A stretch of DNA of 64,000 bases, from positions 61,817-125,816 of the forward strand of contig JAFRMR010000007.1 of the NCBI GenBank assembly GCA_017430535.1, read 5' to 3'. Under the pieces are notes generated by a model. That model was not told the DNA's origin. It made no database searches and saw nothing but the letters and a program-made list of their open reading frames with translations. The stretch is from Clostridia bacterium. GTDB taxonomy: Bacteria > Bacillota > Clostridia > Oscillospirales > Acutalibacteraceae. Of the stretch, positions 1-10,630 are shown piece after piece; positions within the stretch are counted from its first letter, which is position 1; each line of letters opens with the position of its first letter. The translations under genes were made by a program, and so were the position numbers.

Positions 1-1688
1 ACTCCTGGCAGGCAGATTTCAACGAAAATTTCGATACTCTTGATTCGGTTTACGGCATTGATGATTATGTTGACAGAGCCTATTTCTGCTACAGCCCTTA
101 CAGCGAAACCGATGCATTCGGTGTAGGCCTTAATGCCTATAACGCTTTTAATCAGCTTACAAGGGGCGGAAAAGTCGGATACGCCAAAACCGGTGTAATT
201 GCAATAGTTTCTTTTATTGTTGCTCTTATCTGCTGCGTTTACCTTATTGCCGTTGCCGGCAAAAGAGATGACGGTACCGTTAAAATCAGGTTTACCGATA
301 AAGTCCCCTTTATAATTAACGCAGGTCTCGCCGGCATAACGGTTGCGGGTCTTGTTGCTCTTGTAGCCGGTATGAATTTTTATGAGTTCAGTTTCCTTGA
401 GCTTTTCGGCTTTTCAGAGGCAAATTCATTCCCCCTGGGTCTTGCTGCTGAAATTGCCGGTTATACCAATATCCTTACTGCTGTGTTTTTCACTTTGGGC
501 GTGCTTATTGTTACCGCCCTTATTGCAAGCATAGCCCGCAATATAAGGAACAGAACCTTCTTCAAACACACTCTCTGCTATTATATCTACGCTCCCGTAA
601 GGTTCATATTACGCAAAATCAGAGGTTTATTCCATAAATGCTCCGAAAAGGCAAAGGAGATTTACGCAAGGGATTACGCCTACGGCAACGGCAAAAAATT
701 CATTACAACCTCCTGTATTGTTATTTCTGCCGTAACTCTGCTTAACCTTTTGTTTATCTTCGCTTCCGGGTTCAGAAGAAGCGGTTTCGGCCTTTTTGTT
801 TGCATAGTCCTCAATGCTTTGCTGATTTCATACCTTGTGCTTATTGTAATCTGCTTTGACAGAATCGCATCCGGAGTTAATGAGATTAAAATGGGCTCCC
901 TTACCTGCAATATAAATACCCGGCTTATGCCCGGCGTTATGCGGGGCGTAGCGGAAAACATCTCAGATATCCGCAGCGGCCTTAAGAGCGCCGTTGAGCA
1001 GGCGGTAAAAGACCAGAGCATGAAAACGGAGCTTATCACAAATGTCACTCACGATCTGAAAACACCACTTACCTCCGTAATAACCTATGTGGATTTACTC
1101 AAGAGGGAAGGGCTAGGCAGCGATAAAGCCCCTGAATACCTTAATGTGATTGACGAAAAATCCCAGAAGCTCAAGAAGCTTATTGATGACCTGGTACAGG
1201 CCTCCAAGGCCTCCAGCGGGGCGGTGGATGTAAATGCAGTCAAGCTGGATTTATGCGAGTTTGCAGGCCAGATAGTAGGGGAGTATGAGGATGAGCTGGC
1301 AGAGAATCAGATTGAGCTTATTCTCAGGAATCCCGATGAGCCGGTATATGTTACGGCGGATCCTGAGCTTACCGGCAGGGTATTTGAAAATATATTCAGC
1401 AACATAAGAAAATACGCCATGAAAGGCACAAGAGCTTTTGTTGAGGTGTTTTCCGGCAGCGAATACGGCACAATCATTTTCAAGAATATTTCCGCAACGC
1501 CCATTACCGATGATGTGCAGAAGCTTAAGGAAAGGTTCTTTACCGGTGATTCCTCCCGCTCCGGCGAGGGCAGCGGCCTGGGTCTCTCAATTGCTCAGGA
1601 TTTATGCGCCGTGCAGGGCGGTGTGTTCAGGATTGAAGCCGACGGCGATATGTTCAAAACCTATGTTCTGCTGAAAAAGGCCGAATAA
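1..1688 (+). CDS. sensor histidine kinase (5' end upstream of window)
   Basis: Frame 3 is open from position 3 with no stop before the listed ATG at 372, so the gene starts upstream. Several hydrophobic segments. H-box THDLKTPLTS, N-box ENIFSNIRKYA, G2 box GSGLGLSIAQ. Confidence 0.9.
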   Translation, partial: SWQADFNENFDTLDSVYGIDDYVDRAYFCYSPYSETDAFGVGLNAYNAFNQLTRGGKVGYAKTGVIAIVSFIVALICCVYLIAVAGKRDDGTVKIRFTDKVPFIINAGLAGITVAGLVALVAGMNFYEFSFLELFGFSEANSFPLGLAAEIAGYTNILTAVFFTLGVLIVTALIASIARNIRNRTFFKHTLCYYIYAPVRFILRKIRGLFHKCSEKAKEIYARDYAYGNGKKFITTSCIVISAVTLLNLLFIFASGFRRSGFGLFVCIVLNALLISYLVLIVICFDRIASGVNEIKMGSLTCNINTRLMPGVMRGVAENISDIRSGLKSAVEQAVKDQSMKTELITNVTHDLKTPLTSVITYVDLLKREGLGSDKAPEYLNVIDEKSQKLKKLIDDLVQASKASSGAVDVNAVKLDLCEFAGQIVGEYEDELAENQIELILRNPDEPVYVTADPELTGRVFENIFSNIRKYAMKGTRAFVEVFSGSEYGTIIFKNISATPITDDVQKLKERFFTGDSSRSGEGSGLGLSIAQDLCAVQGGVFRIEADGDMFKTYVLLKKAE

Positions 1689-1763
1689 TGGCTTTAAAGA
1701 AAATTGTGGCTTGAAAATATGCTTTATACAACATATTGTATAGCTGAAAAATAACAGGAAAAA

Positions 1764-1800
1764 GGGCTGAAATTTTAACTAATTTCAGCCCTTAATTATT
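1764..1800 (+). terminator. intrinsic terminator after histidine kinase gene
   Basis: GGGCTGAAATT / AATTTCAGCCC stem (1764-1791) followed by a T-rich tail. Confidence 0.7.
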
Positions 1801-1913
1801 GTGATTTTTTTTCAGAATTTACAGTTGCAAACTGCAAAAAAATGTATTATATTTTAATTACAGACTATTATGCAATATCCGCTCACATATTGCAGGCTAC
1901 AGAGGTTATAAAA

Positions 1914-2903
1914 ATGAAACTGAATACCGGCCTTTACAAAAAGGCAGTAAGCGCGCTGATACCGGCTCTTATCGGCTGCGTCTTTATGTGCTCATGTGCG
2001 GCTTTGCCCATAAGCAGGGCAACGCCTGCAGAAACAGAATCAAGTGAAAGCAGCACGGCTGCAGCGGTTACCTCGCAGGTTACCGTTACCGAAACTTCAT
2101 CTGTTACTGCCGCTCCTTCAACGGAGATTAAAACAACTGAAAAAACAACGGCTGAAACTTCAACCACTGCAAAGCCCTCAACCACGGGCAGCACCGCGCC
2201 TGAAACACAGGCACCCGAAAGCTCTGCAACTAAGGCTGAGGAAACCGAAAAGGAATCACAAAAACGCTTTTCAATTTCCGATTTGGTGCCATCCTTAACC
2301 CTTCCCACCATCAAGCAGGAGGTGCAGACAAAGGCGGACGGCAGTGTTGATTTCGCCTGTTTTGATAACAGCGCCTTTGTGGGCAACTCAAGGCTCCTTG
2401 CTGTTGAGAATTACGGCTTCTGCGATAATGTCTATGCCAAGGTCGGTCTCAATGTCAATACGGTGTTCACAGAGAGATGCTCGGGCAGTTCCGTGCCTGT
2501 AATAGATGAGCTCAAAGGCAAACGCTTTGATAAAGTCTTTCTTATGTTCGGCGATAACGAATGCGGCTGGGGCAGTATGAACGCCTTTGTCAATCAGTAT
2601 AAAAAGGTTGTTTCCGCTGTTCAGGACAGAGTCCCGGGCGCAAAGGTTTATGTTATTTCAATCCTGCCTATTTCTCGTGATAAATCCGCTCAGAATGAAT
2701 ACGGCTGCAATAAAGAAAGAATTGATTACTGTAACGGCCTCATCAAAAAAATGGCGGATGATATCGGCATAAAATATGTCGATGCCGGCTCGGCCATTGC
2801 CGATAAAAACGGCTACCTGCCGGATGAAGCTTCACCGGACGGCTGCCACCTTGGCAAGGCCTACACCAGAAAGTGGCTGGAGTACACAGCCCGCAATATG
2901 TAA
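1914..2903 (+). CDS. SGNH/GDSL-type hydrolase lipoprotein with Thr/Ser/Glu-rich linker
   Basis: Start moved to the ATG at 1914 (MKLNTG..., AGAGG RBS upstream). Signal peptide with a Cys-containing lipobox-like end (LIGCVFMCSC), a long low-complexity T/S/E/A linker, then SGNH-like blocks FVGNSR, GDNECGW, DGCH. Confidence 0.7.
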   Translation: MKLNTGLYKKAVSALIPALIGCVFMCSCAALPISRATPAETESSESSTAAAVTSQVTVTETSSVTAAPSTEIKTTEKTTAETSTTAKPSTTGSTAPETQAPESSATKAEETEKESQKRFSISDLVPSLTLPTIKQEVQTKADGSVDFACFDNSAFVGNSRLLAVENYGFCDNVYAKVGLNVNTVFTERCSGSSVPVIDELKGKRFDKVFLMFGDNECGWGSMNAFVNQYKKVVSAVQDRVPGAKVYVISILPISRDKSAQNEYGCNKERIDYCNGLIKKMADDIGIKYVDAGSAIADKNGYLPDEASPDGCHLGKAYTRKWLEYTARNM

Positions 2904-2916
2904 TACGGAGAATTAA

Positions 2917-3408
2917 ATGAAAAAATATATATCTGTTTTTCTTATCCTTTCCCTTTCACTTCTTCTTTTCGGCTGCGGCGCAAACCCTCAGAGCCCCTGC
3001 ACCTCAGAGCCTGCAGAGCAGAGTGTTACAGCCGATGAAATTACAAAGGCTCTTATGGAAGCCCTTGAATTCAACGACGCTATGGAAGAAAACGATAATG
3101 ACGAAAAAACCTGCAGCGTTTACGGCATAGACAGCGCTGCCGTTACCGATGTATCAAGGTATGTGGGCAGCGGCGCCACCGCAGAGGAAGTTGCCGTGTT
3201 TGTCTGCGCCGGTGCAGATTTGGTAAGCGCAGTTAAAACTGCAGTTAATGAAAGAATCAAGTATCTTCACGACGGCTACAGCGATTACGGTCCCGAGCAG
3301 GTGCCTGAAATTGACAGCGCCGTAGTCCTTGATTACGGCAACACCGTAATCTTCTGCATCTGCAAAAATCCCGATGCAGTAAAACCCGTACTTGATAATC
3401 TGTTCTGA
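2917..3408 (+). CDS. small lipoprotein, DUF4358-like
   Basis: Lipobox LLLFGCG. The GATAEEVAVF segment resembles DUF4358 lipoproteins from memory. Tight spacing to the upstream SGNH gene. Confidence 0.55.
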   Translation: MKKYISVFLILSLSLLLFGCGANPQSPCTSEPAEQSVTADEITKALMEALEFNDAMEENDNDEKTCSVYGIDSAAVTDVSRYVGSGATAEEVAVFVCAGADLVSAVKTAVNERIKYLHDGYSDYGPEQVPEIDSAVVLDYGNTVIFCICKNPDAVKPVLDNLF

Positions 3409-3412
3409 TATG

Positions 3413-3442
3413 AAAAAGAGCTTGCTTCGGCAAGCTCTTTTT
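3413..3442. terminator. bidirectional terminator between convergent genes
   Basis: Perfect palindrome AAAAAGAGCTTGC-ttcg-GCAAGCTCTTTTT. Confidence 0.85.
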
Positions 3443-3490
3443 AATTACTTGTATTATTCATTTTTCGCTCAAATGCTTAGGCCTATTACA

Positions 3491-4201
3491 TCAATAGCCG
3501 TTTATCTGCTTTTTCTGCATGGCAAGCAATATCTTTTCCCTTACATTACCGTACTTTTTCTCCAAAGAAGAAAGAAATTGTTTAACCTCTTCTCTCTCCG
3601 TGTTGCTGTCCTCCGGGCATAAGCTTTTCATAACCGGCAGGTTTTCATTCCTTGCAACCCTTGCACAGTCGCTTTCTCTGGCATAAATCATGGGCCTTAT
3701 GAGGGTGATATCCGCATTTGAAAGGTATGTAACCGGCATAAAGCAGTCAAGGCTTGCGCCGTTAAACAGGTTCATTATAAAGGTTTCGGCAATGTCATCC
3801 ATGTGGTGCCCCAGGGCCAGCTTGTTGCAGCCAAGCTCCTTTGCCGTGTTGTTGAGTATTCCTCTCCTCATTTTGGAGCACAGAGAGCAGGGGTTTGTCT
3901 CCTTCCTCTCCTCAAAAATGAGTTCCGCAAGTCTGGTGAGTTTTACTGTATATTCAATTCCCAGCTCATCGCAGAGCTTTTTTATCTGAGAAAAATCTCC
4001 CGGCTTTTTGCCGAACTGCATATCAACGGTGATTGCGCACAGGGTAAAGTTTTTCGGGTAAAATGTTTTGAGCTTTGCCATAGCCGCAAGCAGGGCGAGG
4101 GAATCCTTGCCGGATGAAACCCCCACGGCTATTTTATCGCCCTCTTCTATCATATTGTAATCCTGACAGGCGGAGCGCATATATCCAAGTAATTTCTGCA
4201 T
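3491..4201 (-). CDS. PP-loop ATPase, TtcA-like tRNA thiolation family
   Basis: PP-loop GVSSGKDS and the CSLCSKMRRG motif typical of the TtcA family. Start moved to MQKLLGY (4201) so it does not overlap the ymdB stop. Confidence 0.75.
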   Translation of the reverse strand: MQKLLGYMRSACQDYNMIEEGDKIAVGVSSGKDSLALLAAMAKLKTFYPKNFTLCAITVDMQFGKKPGDFSQIKKLCDELGIEYTVKLTRLAELIFEERKETNPCSLCSKMRRGILNNTAKELGCNKLALGHHMDDIAETFIMNLFNGASLDCFMPVTYLSNADITLIRPMIYARESDCARVARNENLPVMKSLCPEDSNTEREEVKQFLSSLEKKYGNVREKILLAMQKKQINGY

Positions 4202-4206
4202 TTTGC

Positions 4207-4974
4207 TTACCTTATGTTCAGGGGCTCTGTGCCGGTGCACAGCCCCGTGTTTTTGTCTATTTCAAAAATACATCCGTTTATCATACATTCGCCGTCGGCG
4301 GTGTCAAACCTTGCGGGCATGCCGGTTTTTATTTTGCCTATGCTGATTTCCGGCTTAACCCCCAGTACCGAGTTTACAGGGCCCGTCATGCCAATATCCG
4401 TAATATATCCTGTGCCCTTTGGCAGTATATCCGCATCCGCGGTCATCACATGGGTGTGGGTGCCGAAAACCGCCGATACTCTGCCGTCAAGGTAGTAGCC
4501 CATAGCTTTCTTTTCAGCCGTTGCCTCCCCGTGAAAATCCACAAGCGTTATCCTGCATTTTTCTTTGCTGAGTATTTCGTCAACGCAGTCAAAGGGATTG
4601 TCGCAGTCATCCATATATACTCTGCCCATAAGGTTTATTATAAGCATTTCCGCATACCCAAGGTCAACTTTTGCGTATCCTTTGCCGGGGCAGCTTGAGT
4701 GAAAATTAGCGGGCCTTATTATCCTGCCGCAACTGTCAAGGTATTCATAAACCTCATGCCGGCGGAAAGCGTGATTGCCAAGGGTGATAAAATCAACACC
4801 ACTGTCAAAAAGATATTCCGCAGAGTGTGGTGTAACCCCGTTGCCCACGGCAGAATTTTCTCCGTTGGCAATGCAGTAATCTATGCTTTTCAGTTTTTTA
4901 AGCCCGGGCAGCTTTGCCCTTAAAAACTCACAGCCCTTGTCGGAAACAACATCGCCTATTACAAGTATATTCAT
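4207..4974 (-). CDS. ymdB: YmdB-family metallophosphoesterase (2',3'-cyclic-nucleotide phosphodiesterase)
   Basis: MNILVIGDVV, GNHAF, DFHGEATAEK, GTHTHV calcineurin-like motifs. Conserved synteny directly downstream of rny. Confidence 0.9.
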   Translation of the reverse strand: MNILVIGDVVSDKGCEFLRAKLPGLKKLKSIDYCIANGENSAVGNGVTPHSAEYLFDSGVDFITLGNHAFRRHEVYEYLDSCGRIIRPANFHSSCPGKGYAKVDLGYAEMLIINLMGRVYMDDCDNPFDCVDEILSKEKCRITLVDFHGEATAEKKAMGYYLDGRVSAVFGTHTHVMTADADILPKGTGYITDIGMTGPVNSVLGVKPEISIGKIKTGMPARFDTADGECMINGCIFEIDKNTGLCTGTEPLNIR

Positions 4975-5004
4975 AAAAACGCCTTTCCGTTTTGGTTTTA
5001 GTTA

Positions 5005-5033
5005 ATTTTATGTCAGACTTACCGCCGTGTCAA
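5005..5033 (-). promoter_or_regulatory. sigma-A type promoter for ymdB
   Basis: On the minus strand, TTGACA (5028-5033), 17-nt spacer, TAAAAT (5005-5010), about 30 nt upstream of the ymdB ATG. Confidence 0.55.
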
Positions 5034-5052
5034 GGATAATAATAAATGTCAG

Positions 5053-5130
5053 AGCTCAGCAGTCAGGATGAAAACGCCGTTTTCTTCGGCGGGAGACTTT
5101 ACTTGGAGTACGGCAGAGCCGAAAAAACCG
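5053..5130 (-). repeat. copy 1 of ~80-nt conserved hairpin element (sense on minus strand)
   Basis: The reverse complement shares the blocks TTTTTTCGGCTCTGCCGT, TCTCCCGCCGAAGAAAAC, CGTTTTCATC and ACTGCTG with 33351-33429. Its apical hairpin is TACT-cca-AGTA. Confidence 0.8.
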
Positions 5131-5153
5131 GCTTGCGGTATATTCGCAAGCCG
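5121..5153 (-). terminator. rny intrinsic terminator
   Basis: 10-bp stem CCGGCTTGCG / CGCAAGCCGG (5127-5136 and 5144-5153) followed on the minus strand by TTTTTT (5121-5126). Confidence 0.8.
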
Positions 5154-5166
5154 GTAATCTGTTTTA

Positions 5167-6723
5167 TTATTTTGCAACTCCGAAAGCTCTTGTTTCTCTA
5201 ATAAGATTAACCTTGATTTCTCCGGGATAGTCCATGGAGTTTTCAATCTTTTCGGCAATTTCTTTGGCCATGATAACCATTCTGTCATCGCTTACCATTT
5301 CGGGCTTAACGATAATTCTTACCTCACGGCCGGCCTGGATTGCAAAGGAGCGCTCAACGCCTTCAAATCCTGTGGCAATGCCTTCAAGGGTTTCAAGCCT
5401 CTTGATATAGTTCTGAAGGTCTTCTCTTCTGGCGCCGGGTCTTGCGGCTGAGATTGCGTCTGCCGCCTGAACAAGAACGGCAACAGTGCTCTTGGGCTCA
5501 ACTCCGCCGTGGTGGGCTTCGATTGCGTTGCAGATTGTTTCGTTTTCTTTATATCTTCTTGCGTATTCAACGCCCAGGGCAACATGGGTGCCTTCCATTT
5601 CGTGGTCAAGGGCTTTGCCTATATCGTGAAGAAGGCCGGCTCTCTTGGCGGTTTTAACATCAACGCCAAGCTCGGATGCCATAAGGCCTGCAAGGTAGGA
5701 AACCTCAAGTGAATGTTTAAGCACATTCTGGCCGTAGCTGGTGCGGTATCTCAGGCGGCCCAGAAGCTTTACAAGCTCGGGGTTGACTCTGTCAACTCCA
5801 GCCTCCATAAGGGCTCTTTCGCCGGTCTGCTTTATGGTCTGCTCCACATCCCGCTTTGCTTTTTCATAGAGTTCTTCAATTCTTGCGGGGTGAATTCTGC
5901 CGTCCTGAATAAGTTTTTCAATGGTAATCCTTGCAATCTCCCTGCGCACGGGCTCAAAGGATGATATGGTGATTACCTCAGGTGTGTCATCAATGATAAG
6001 GCTTACGCCGGTAATCATTTCAAGGGTTCTTACATTTCTGCCGTCTCTGCCGATTATTCTGCCCTTCATTTCATCATTGGGCAGGGAAACAACGGAAACG
6101 GTCGCTTCTGATGCGTGGTCTGCGGCGCAACGCTGAATTGCGGTAGTGATAATCTCTTTTGCAATATTGTCCGCATCTTCCCTTGTCTGCTGCTCGTATT
6201 CCTGAATCTTTACGGCTTTTTCGTGGTCCAGTTTCTGATCAAGCTCGCTTATGATAAGGGCTTTTGCCTGGTCCTGAGTGTAGCCGGATATCCTTTCAAG
6301 AATATCAAGCTGGCTCTTTTTGAGGGATTCAACCTCCTCAATTTTTGCATCGGCATTTTTGATTTTTTCTTCCAGAACAGCTTCTTTCTTTTCAAGCTTA
6401 TCTGTTTTTAAATCAAGGTTTTCCTCTTTCTGAATAAGGCGTTTTTCCTGCCTCTGCACTTCGGAACGCCTTTCGCGGATTTCTTTTTCCGCTTCGCTTC
6501 TCTGCTTGTGAATTTCGTCTTTGGCTTCAAGAATAGATTCTTTCTTTTTTGCTTCGGCTGTAGCCAGGGCTTCGCTTACTATTTTGTTTGCTTCTTTTTC
6601 AGCGGAACCGATAGCGGCTTCTGCAACTTTTTTTCTATGAGCAACGCCAATGAAATAGCCGACGATTATGCCGATTATTGCACCTGCGGCGATACCGATA
6701 AGAATAAAATAAAAATCTTTCAA
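5167..6723 (-). CDS. rny: ribonuclease Y
   Basis: N-terminal TM helix, long coiled-coil, KH domain [17 protein letters not shown] domain LLHDIGK. Confidence 0.97.
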   Translation of the reverse strand: MKDFYFILIGIAAGAIIGIIVGYFIGVAHRKKVAEAAIGSAEKEANKIVSEALATAEAKKKESILEAKDEIHKQRSEAEKEIRERRSEVQRQEKRLIQKEENLDLKTDKLEKKEAVLEEKIKNADAKIEEVESLKKSQLDILERISGYTQDQAKALIISELDQKLDHEKAVKIQEYEQQTREDADNIAKEIITTAIQRCAADHASEATVSVVSLPNDEMKGRIIGRDGRNVRTLEMITGVSLIIDDTPEVITISSFEPVRREIARITIEKLIQDGRIHPARIEELYEKAKRDVEQTIKQTGERALMEAGVDRVNPELVKLLGRLRYRTSYGQNVLKHSLEVSYLAGLMASELGVDVKTAKRAGLLHDIGKALDHEMEGTHVALGVEYARRYKENETICNAIEAHHGGVEPKSTVAVLVQAADAISAARPGARREDLQNYIKRLETLEGIATGFEGVERSFAIQAGREVRIIVKPEMVSDDRMVIMAKEIAEKIENSMDYPGEIKVNLIRETRAFGVAK

Positions 6724-7011
6724 GCATCCGTCCTCCTTTACTTAAAGATAATGCGGTAACCCGCTTATTTAAAATTCACGAAATTTCAGCAATGGTGAAT
6801 GGATATGCAAAATATCAACAATACACCACGCTATACATAATATACTAATAATATAGTAATTGTCAAGTTTTTTGTTTATATTTTGTATATAATTCCGCTG
6901 TTATACCTACATATTGTGCTTTTACCGAATTTTCAGTAATGAACAAAAATCCGCAAAACCCTAAAAAACTCAACAGAATTTGCAGTATTTATTATTTTAT
7001 TAAAATCAGTA

Positions 7012-7040
7012 TTTACAAAAGCTCCTCAAGATGATAAAAT
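7012..7040 (+). promoter_or_regulatory. candidate promoter for PFOR gene
   Basis: TTTACA (7012-7017), 17 nt, TAAAAT (7035-7040), followed by RBS AGGAGG before the ATG at 7078. Confidence 0.45.
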
Positions 7041-7077
7041 ATCCTTTGGTATTTTTATAAACCAGGAGGATTATACT

Positions 7078-10000
7078 ATGGCCAGAAAAAAGAAAACCAT
7101 GGACGGCAACAACGCAGCCGCTCACGTTAGCTATGCGTTTACCGAAGTTGCCGGTATTTACCCCATCACACCTTCTTCACCTATGGCGGATTATGTTGAC
7201 CAGTGGTCTGCCCAGGGCCTGAAGAACATTTTCGGCACAACAGTCAAAGTTGCCGAAATGCAGTCCGAAGCCGGCGCTGCCGGTACTGTTCACGGCTCAC
7301 TTGCGGCCGGTGCTCTTACCACCACCTATACTGCATCCCAGGGCCTTCTTCTCATGATACCCAACATGTACAAAATCGCCGGTGAGCTTCTTCCCGGTGT
7401 GTTCCATGTTTCCGCCCGTTGCGTAGCTTCCCATGCGCTTAACATTTTCGGCGATCATTCCGATGTATATGCCTGCCGCCAGACCGGCTTTGCAATGCTT
7501 GCCGAATCCAATCCCCAGGAAGTTATGGACCTTGGCGCAGTTGCCCACCTTGCCGCCATCAAGGGCAGAGTTCCCTTTATCAATTTCTTTGACGGCTTCC
7601 GTACTTCTCACGAGATTCAGAAAATCGAAGTATGGGATTATGATGATTTAAAAGAAATGTGCGATATGGATGCTGTTGAAGCATTCCGCAAGCGTTCCCT
7701 CAACCCCGAAAGACCCGTTATGCGCGGTTCCCACGAAAACGGCGATATCTTCTTCCAGCACAGAGAGGCCTGCAACAAGTATTATGATGACCTTCCCGCT
7801 GTTGTTGAAGAATATATGGGCAAGGTTAATGCAAAGCTCGGCACAAACTATCAGCTCTTCAATTATTACGGCGCACCCGATGCCGACAGAGTAATTGTAG
7901 CAATGGGTTCCTTCTGCGATGTTGCAGAGGAGGTTATTGATTACCTCAACGCCAACGGCGAAAAGGTCGGCCTTGTCAAGGTTCGCCTTTACAGACCTTT
8001 TGTTTCTTCAAAGCTTGCGGCTGCTATTCCCGCCACAGCTAAAAAGATTGCTGTTCTTGACAGAACAAAAGAGCCCGGCTCCCTTGGCGAGCCCCTCTAT
8101 CTTGATGTTGTTGCCGCTCTTGCCGCCGAAGGCAGAAACGGCATCAAAGTTGTAGGCGGCCGTTACGGTCTCGGCTCAAAGGATACTCCTCCCGCCAGCG
8201 TATTTGCCGTATACAAAGAGCTTGAAAAAGACGCTCCCAAGCACAACTTCACCATCGGTATTGTTGATGATGTTACCGGCCTTTCACTTCCCGAAACCGC
8301 AGCTCCCAACACAGCTGCCGAAAGCACCATCGAGTGCAAGTTCTGGGGTCTGGGCGGTGACGGTACCGTAGGCGCAAATAAAGATTCCATCAAGATTATA
8401 GGCGACCATACCGATAAATATGTTCAGGCATATTTCCAGTATGACTCCAAGAAGACCGGCGGTATTACCATTTCCCACCTTCGTTTCGGTGATGAGCCCA
8501 TCAGATCCCCCTATTATATCAATAAGGCCGATTTCGTTGCCTGCCACAATCCCTCTTATGTAGAAAAGGGATACAAGATGGTTAACGATGTTAAGCCCGG
8601 CGGCGTATTCCTTATTAACTGTCAGTGGGATGCCGCAGAGCTTGCAACAAAGCTCAATGCCGAGGCAAAGAGATATATTGCAAAGAACAATATTCAGCTT
8701 TATACCGTTAACGCCATTGATCTTGCCGCCGAAATAGGCCTTGGCAAGAGAACAAATACAATCCTTCAGTCCGCATTCTTCTCACTTTCCAAGGTTCTTC
8801 CCGAAGCCGAAGCTATCGGCTATATGAAGGAAAAGGCCCAGAAGTTTATGAAGAAGGGCATTGAGATCGTTCAGATGAACGAAAAGGCCATTGATGCCGG
8901 CGCTAACGCTTATGTTAAGATTGATGTTCCCGCCGATTGGGCAAACGCCGTTGACGGTGCTGCTCCCGAAGCATCAAAGGGCGCACCGGAGCTTGTTGCT
9001 CAGGTAGATAACATTATGAAGCCCGTAGGCCTTATGGACGGCGATTCACTTCCCGTTTCCGCATTCAAGGGCCACGAGGACGGCACATTTGAGCAGGGCG
9101 CAGCCGCTTATGAGAAGCGCGGCGTTGCCGTTATGGTTCCCGCATGGAACGGCGAAACCTGCGCTCAGTGTAACAAGTGCGCTTATGTATGCCCCCACGC
9201 AACAATCAGACCTTACGCTCTTACCGAGGAAGAGGCAGCTGCCGCTCCCGCAAACGCTCAGATAGTTGCCAAGAAGGGCAAGGGCAAGGATTCCTATAAG
9301 TACGCCATAGCAGTTTCTCCCCTTGATTGTATGGGCTGCGGCGTTTGTATCGGAGTATGCCCCACCAATTCACTCAAGATGGTTTCCAGAGAGTCTCAGG
9401 ATGAGCTTCAGCCCGTATTTGATTATATGGTTGCCAATGTATCCGTTAAGGAAGATCTTGCCGATAATACCGTAATCGGCAGCCAGTATAAGACTCCTCT
9501 TCTTGAGTTCTCCGGCTCCTGTGCAGGCTGTGCAGAAACCTCCTATGCAAGGCTTATCACCCAGCTCTTCGGTGACAGAATGTATATTTCCAACGCCACC
9601 GGCTGTTCATCCATCTGGGGCGGCCCCGCTGCAACATCACCCTACACCGTTGATAAGAACGGTCACGGTCCCGCCTGGGCCAACTCATTGTTTGAGGATA
9701 ACGCAGAGCACGGCTACGGTATGTACCTCGGCCAGAACGCTATCCGCAACAGCCTTATTGAGAGAGTAAAGAAGATTGCCGAATCCGCCGATGCTCCCGA
9801 AGCTTCAAAGGCAGCAGCACAGGCTTATCTTGATACTCTTAACGACGGCAAAGCAAATGCAGCAGCAGCTGATGCTCTTGTAGCCGCAATCAAAGATGCC
9901 GATTGCGATAACTGCAAAGAAATCATTGCCAATAAAGAATACCTTGCCAAGAAGTCCGTATGGATTTTCGGCGGCGACGGCTGGGCATACGATATCGGTT

Positions 10001-10614
10001 TCGGTGGCGTAGACCATGTTCTCGCTTCCGGCGATGATGTCAACATTATGGTATTCGATACCGAGGTTTACTCCAACACCGGCGGTCAGGCTTCAAAGGC
10101 TTCCAACATCGGCCAGGTTGCTCAGTTTGCAGCAGCAGGTAAAGCAGTTGCCAAGAAGTCCCTTGCCGAGATAGCAATGAGCTACGGTTATGTTTATGTT
10201 GCCCAGATCGCTATGGGCGCAGACCAGAATCAGACCATTAAAGCTCTTACTGAAGCTGAAGCTTATAACGGTCCTTCAATCATTATCGCTTATGCTCCCT
10301 GTGAGATGCACTCCATCAAGGGCGGTATGGTTAACTGCCAGGCTGAGATGAAGAAGGCTGTTGAGTGCGGATACTGGAATATGTTCCGTTATAACCCCGC
10401 TCTCAAGGCCGAAGGCAAGAACCCCTTCACCATTGACAGCAAGCCCGCTACCACCAGCTACAGGGACTTCATTATGAATGAAGCCCGTTACTCACAGCTT
10501 ACCCGCTCCTTCCCCGAAAGAGCGGAAGAGCTCTTCACCAAGGCGGAAAAGACCTCTGTCGAAAGGTACAACCACCTTCTCAGACTCAAGGATCTCTACG
10601 CCCCCGAAGCATAA
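7078..10614 (+). CDS. nifJ: pyruvate:ferredoxin (flavodoxin) oxidoreductase
   Basis: 1178 aa single-chain PFOR. Two 4Fe-4S motifs (CAQCNKCAYVCP, CMGCGVCIGVCP) and the TPP motif GGDGWAYDIG. Confidence 0.97.
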   Translation: MARKKKTMDGNNAAAHVSYAFTEVAGIYPITPSSPMADYVDQWSAQGLKNIFGTTVKVAEMQSEAGAAGTVHGSLAAGALTTTYTASQGLLLMIPNMYKIAGELLPGVFHVSARCVASHALNIFGDHSDVYACRQTGFAMLAESNPQEVMDLGAVAHLAAIKGRVPFINFFDGFRTSHEIQKIEVWDYDDLKEMCDMDAVEAFRKRSLNPERPVMRGSHENGDIFFQHREACNKYYDDLPAVVEEYMGKVNAKLGTNYQLFNYYGAPDADRVIVAMGSFCDVAEEVIDYLNANGEKVGLVKVRLYRPFVSSKLAAAIPATAKKIAVLDRTKEPGSLGEPLYLDVVAALAAEGRNGIKVVGGRYGLGSKDTPPASVFAVYKELEKDAPKHNFTIGIVDDVTGLSLPETAAPNTAAESTIECKFWGLGGDGTVGANKDSIKIIGDHTDKYVQAYFQYDSKKTGGITISHLRFGDEPIRSPYYINKADFVACHNPSYVEKGYKMVNDVKPGGVFLINCQWDAAELATKLNAEAKRYIAKNNIQLYTVNAIDLAAEIGLGKRTNTILQSAFFSLSKVLPEAEAIGYMKEKAQKFMKKGIEIVQMNEKAIDAGANAYVKIDVPADWANAVDGAAPEASKGAPELVAQVDNIMKPVGLMDGDSLPVSAFKGHEDGTFEQGAAAYEKRGVAVMVPAWNGETCAQCNKCAYVCPHATIRPYALTEEEAAAAPANAQIVAKKGKGKDSYKYAIAVSPLDCMGCGVCIGVCPTNSLKMVSRESQDELQPVFDYMVANVSVKEDLADNTVIGSQYKTPLLEFSGSCAGCAETSYARLITQLFGDRMYISNATGCSSIWGGPAATSPYTVDKNGHGPAWANSLFEDNAEHGYGMYLGQNAIRNSLIERVKKIAESADAPEASKAAAQAYLDTLNDGKANAAAADALVAAIKDADCDNCKEIIANKEYLAKKSVWIFGGDGWAYDIGFGGVDHVLASGDDVNIMVFDTEVYSNTGGQASKASNIGQVAQFAAAGKAVAKKSLAEIAMSYGYVYVAQIAMGADQNQTIKALTEAEAYNGPSIIIAYAPCEMHSIKGGMVNCQAEMKKAVECGYWNMFRYNPALKAEGKNPFTIDSKPATTSYRDFIMNEARYSQLTRSFPERAEELFTKAEKTSVERYNHLLRLKDLYAPEA

Positions 10615-10630
10615 TCTTTTAAAAACTTTT

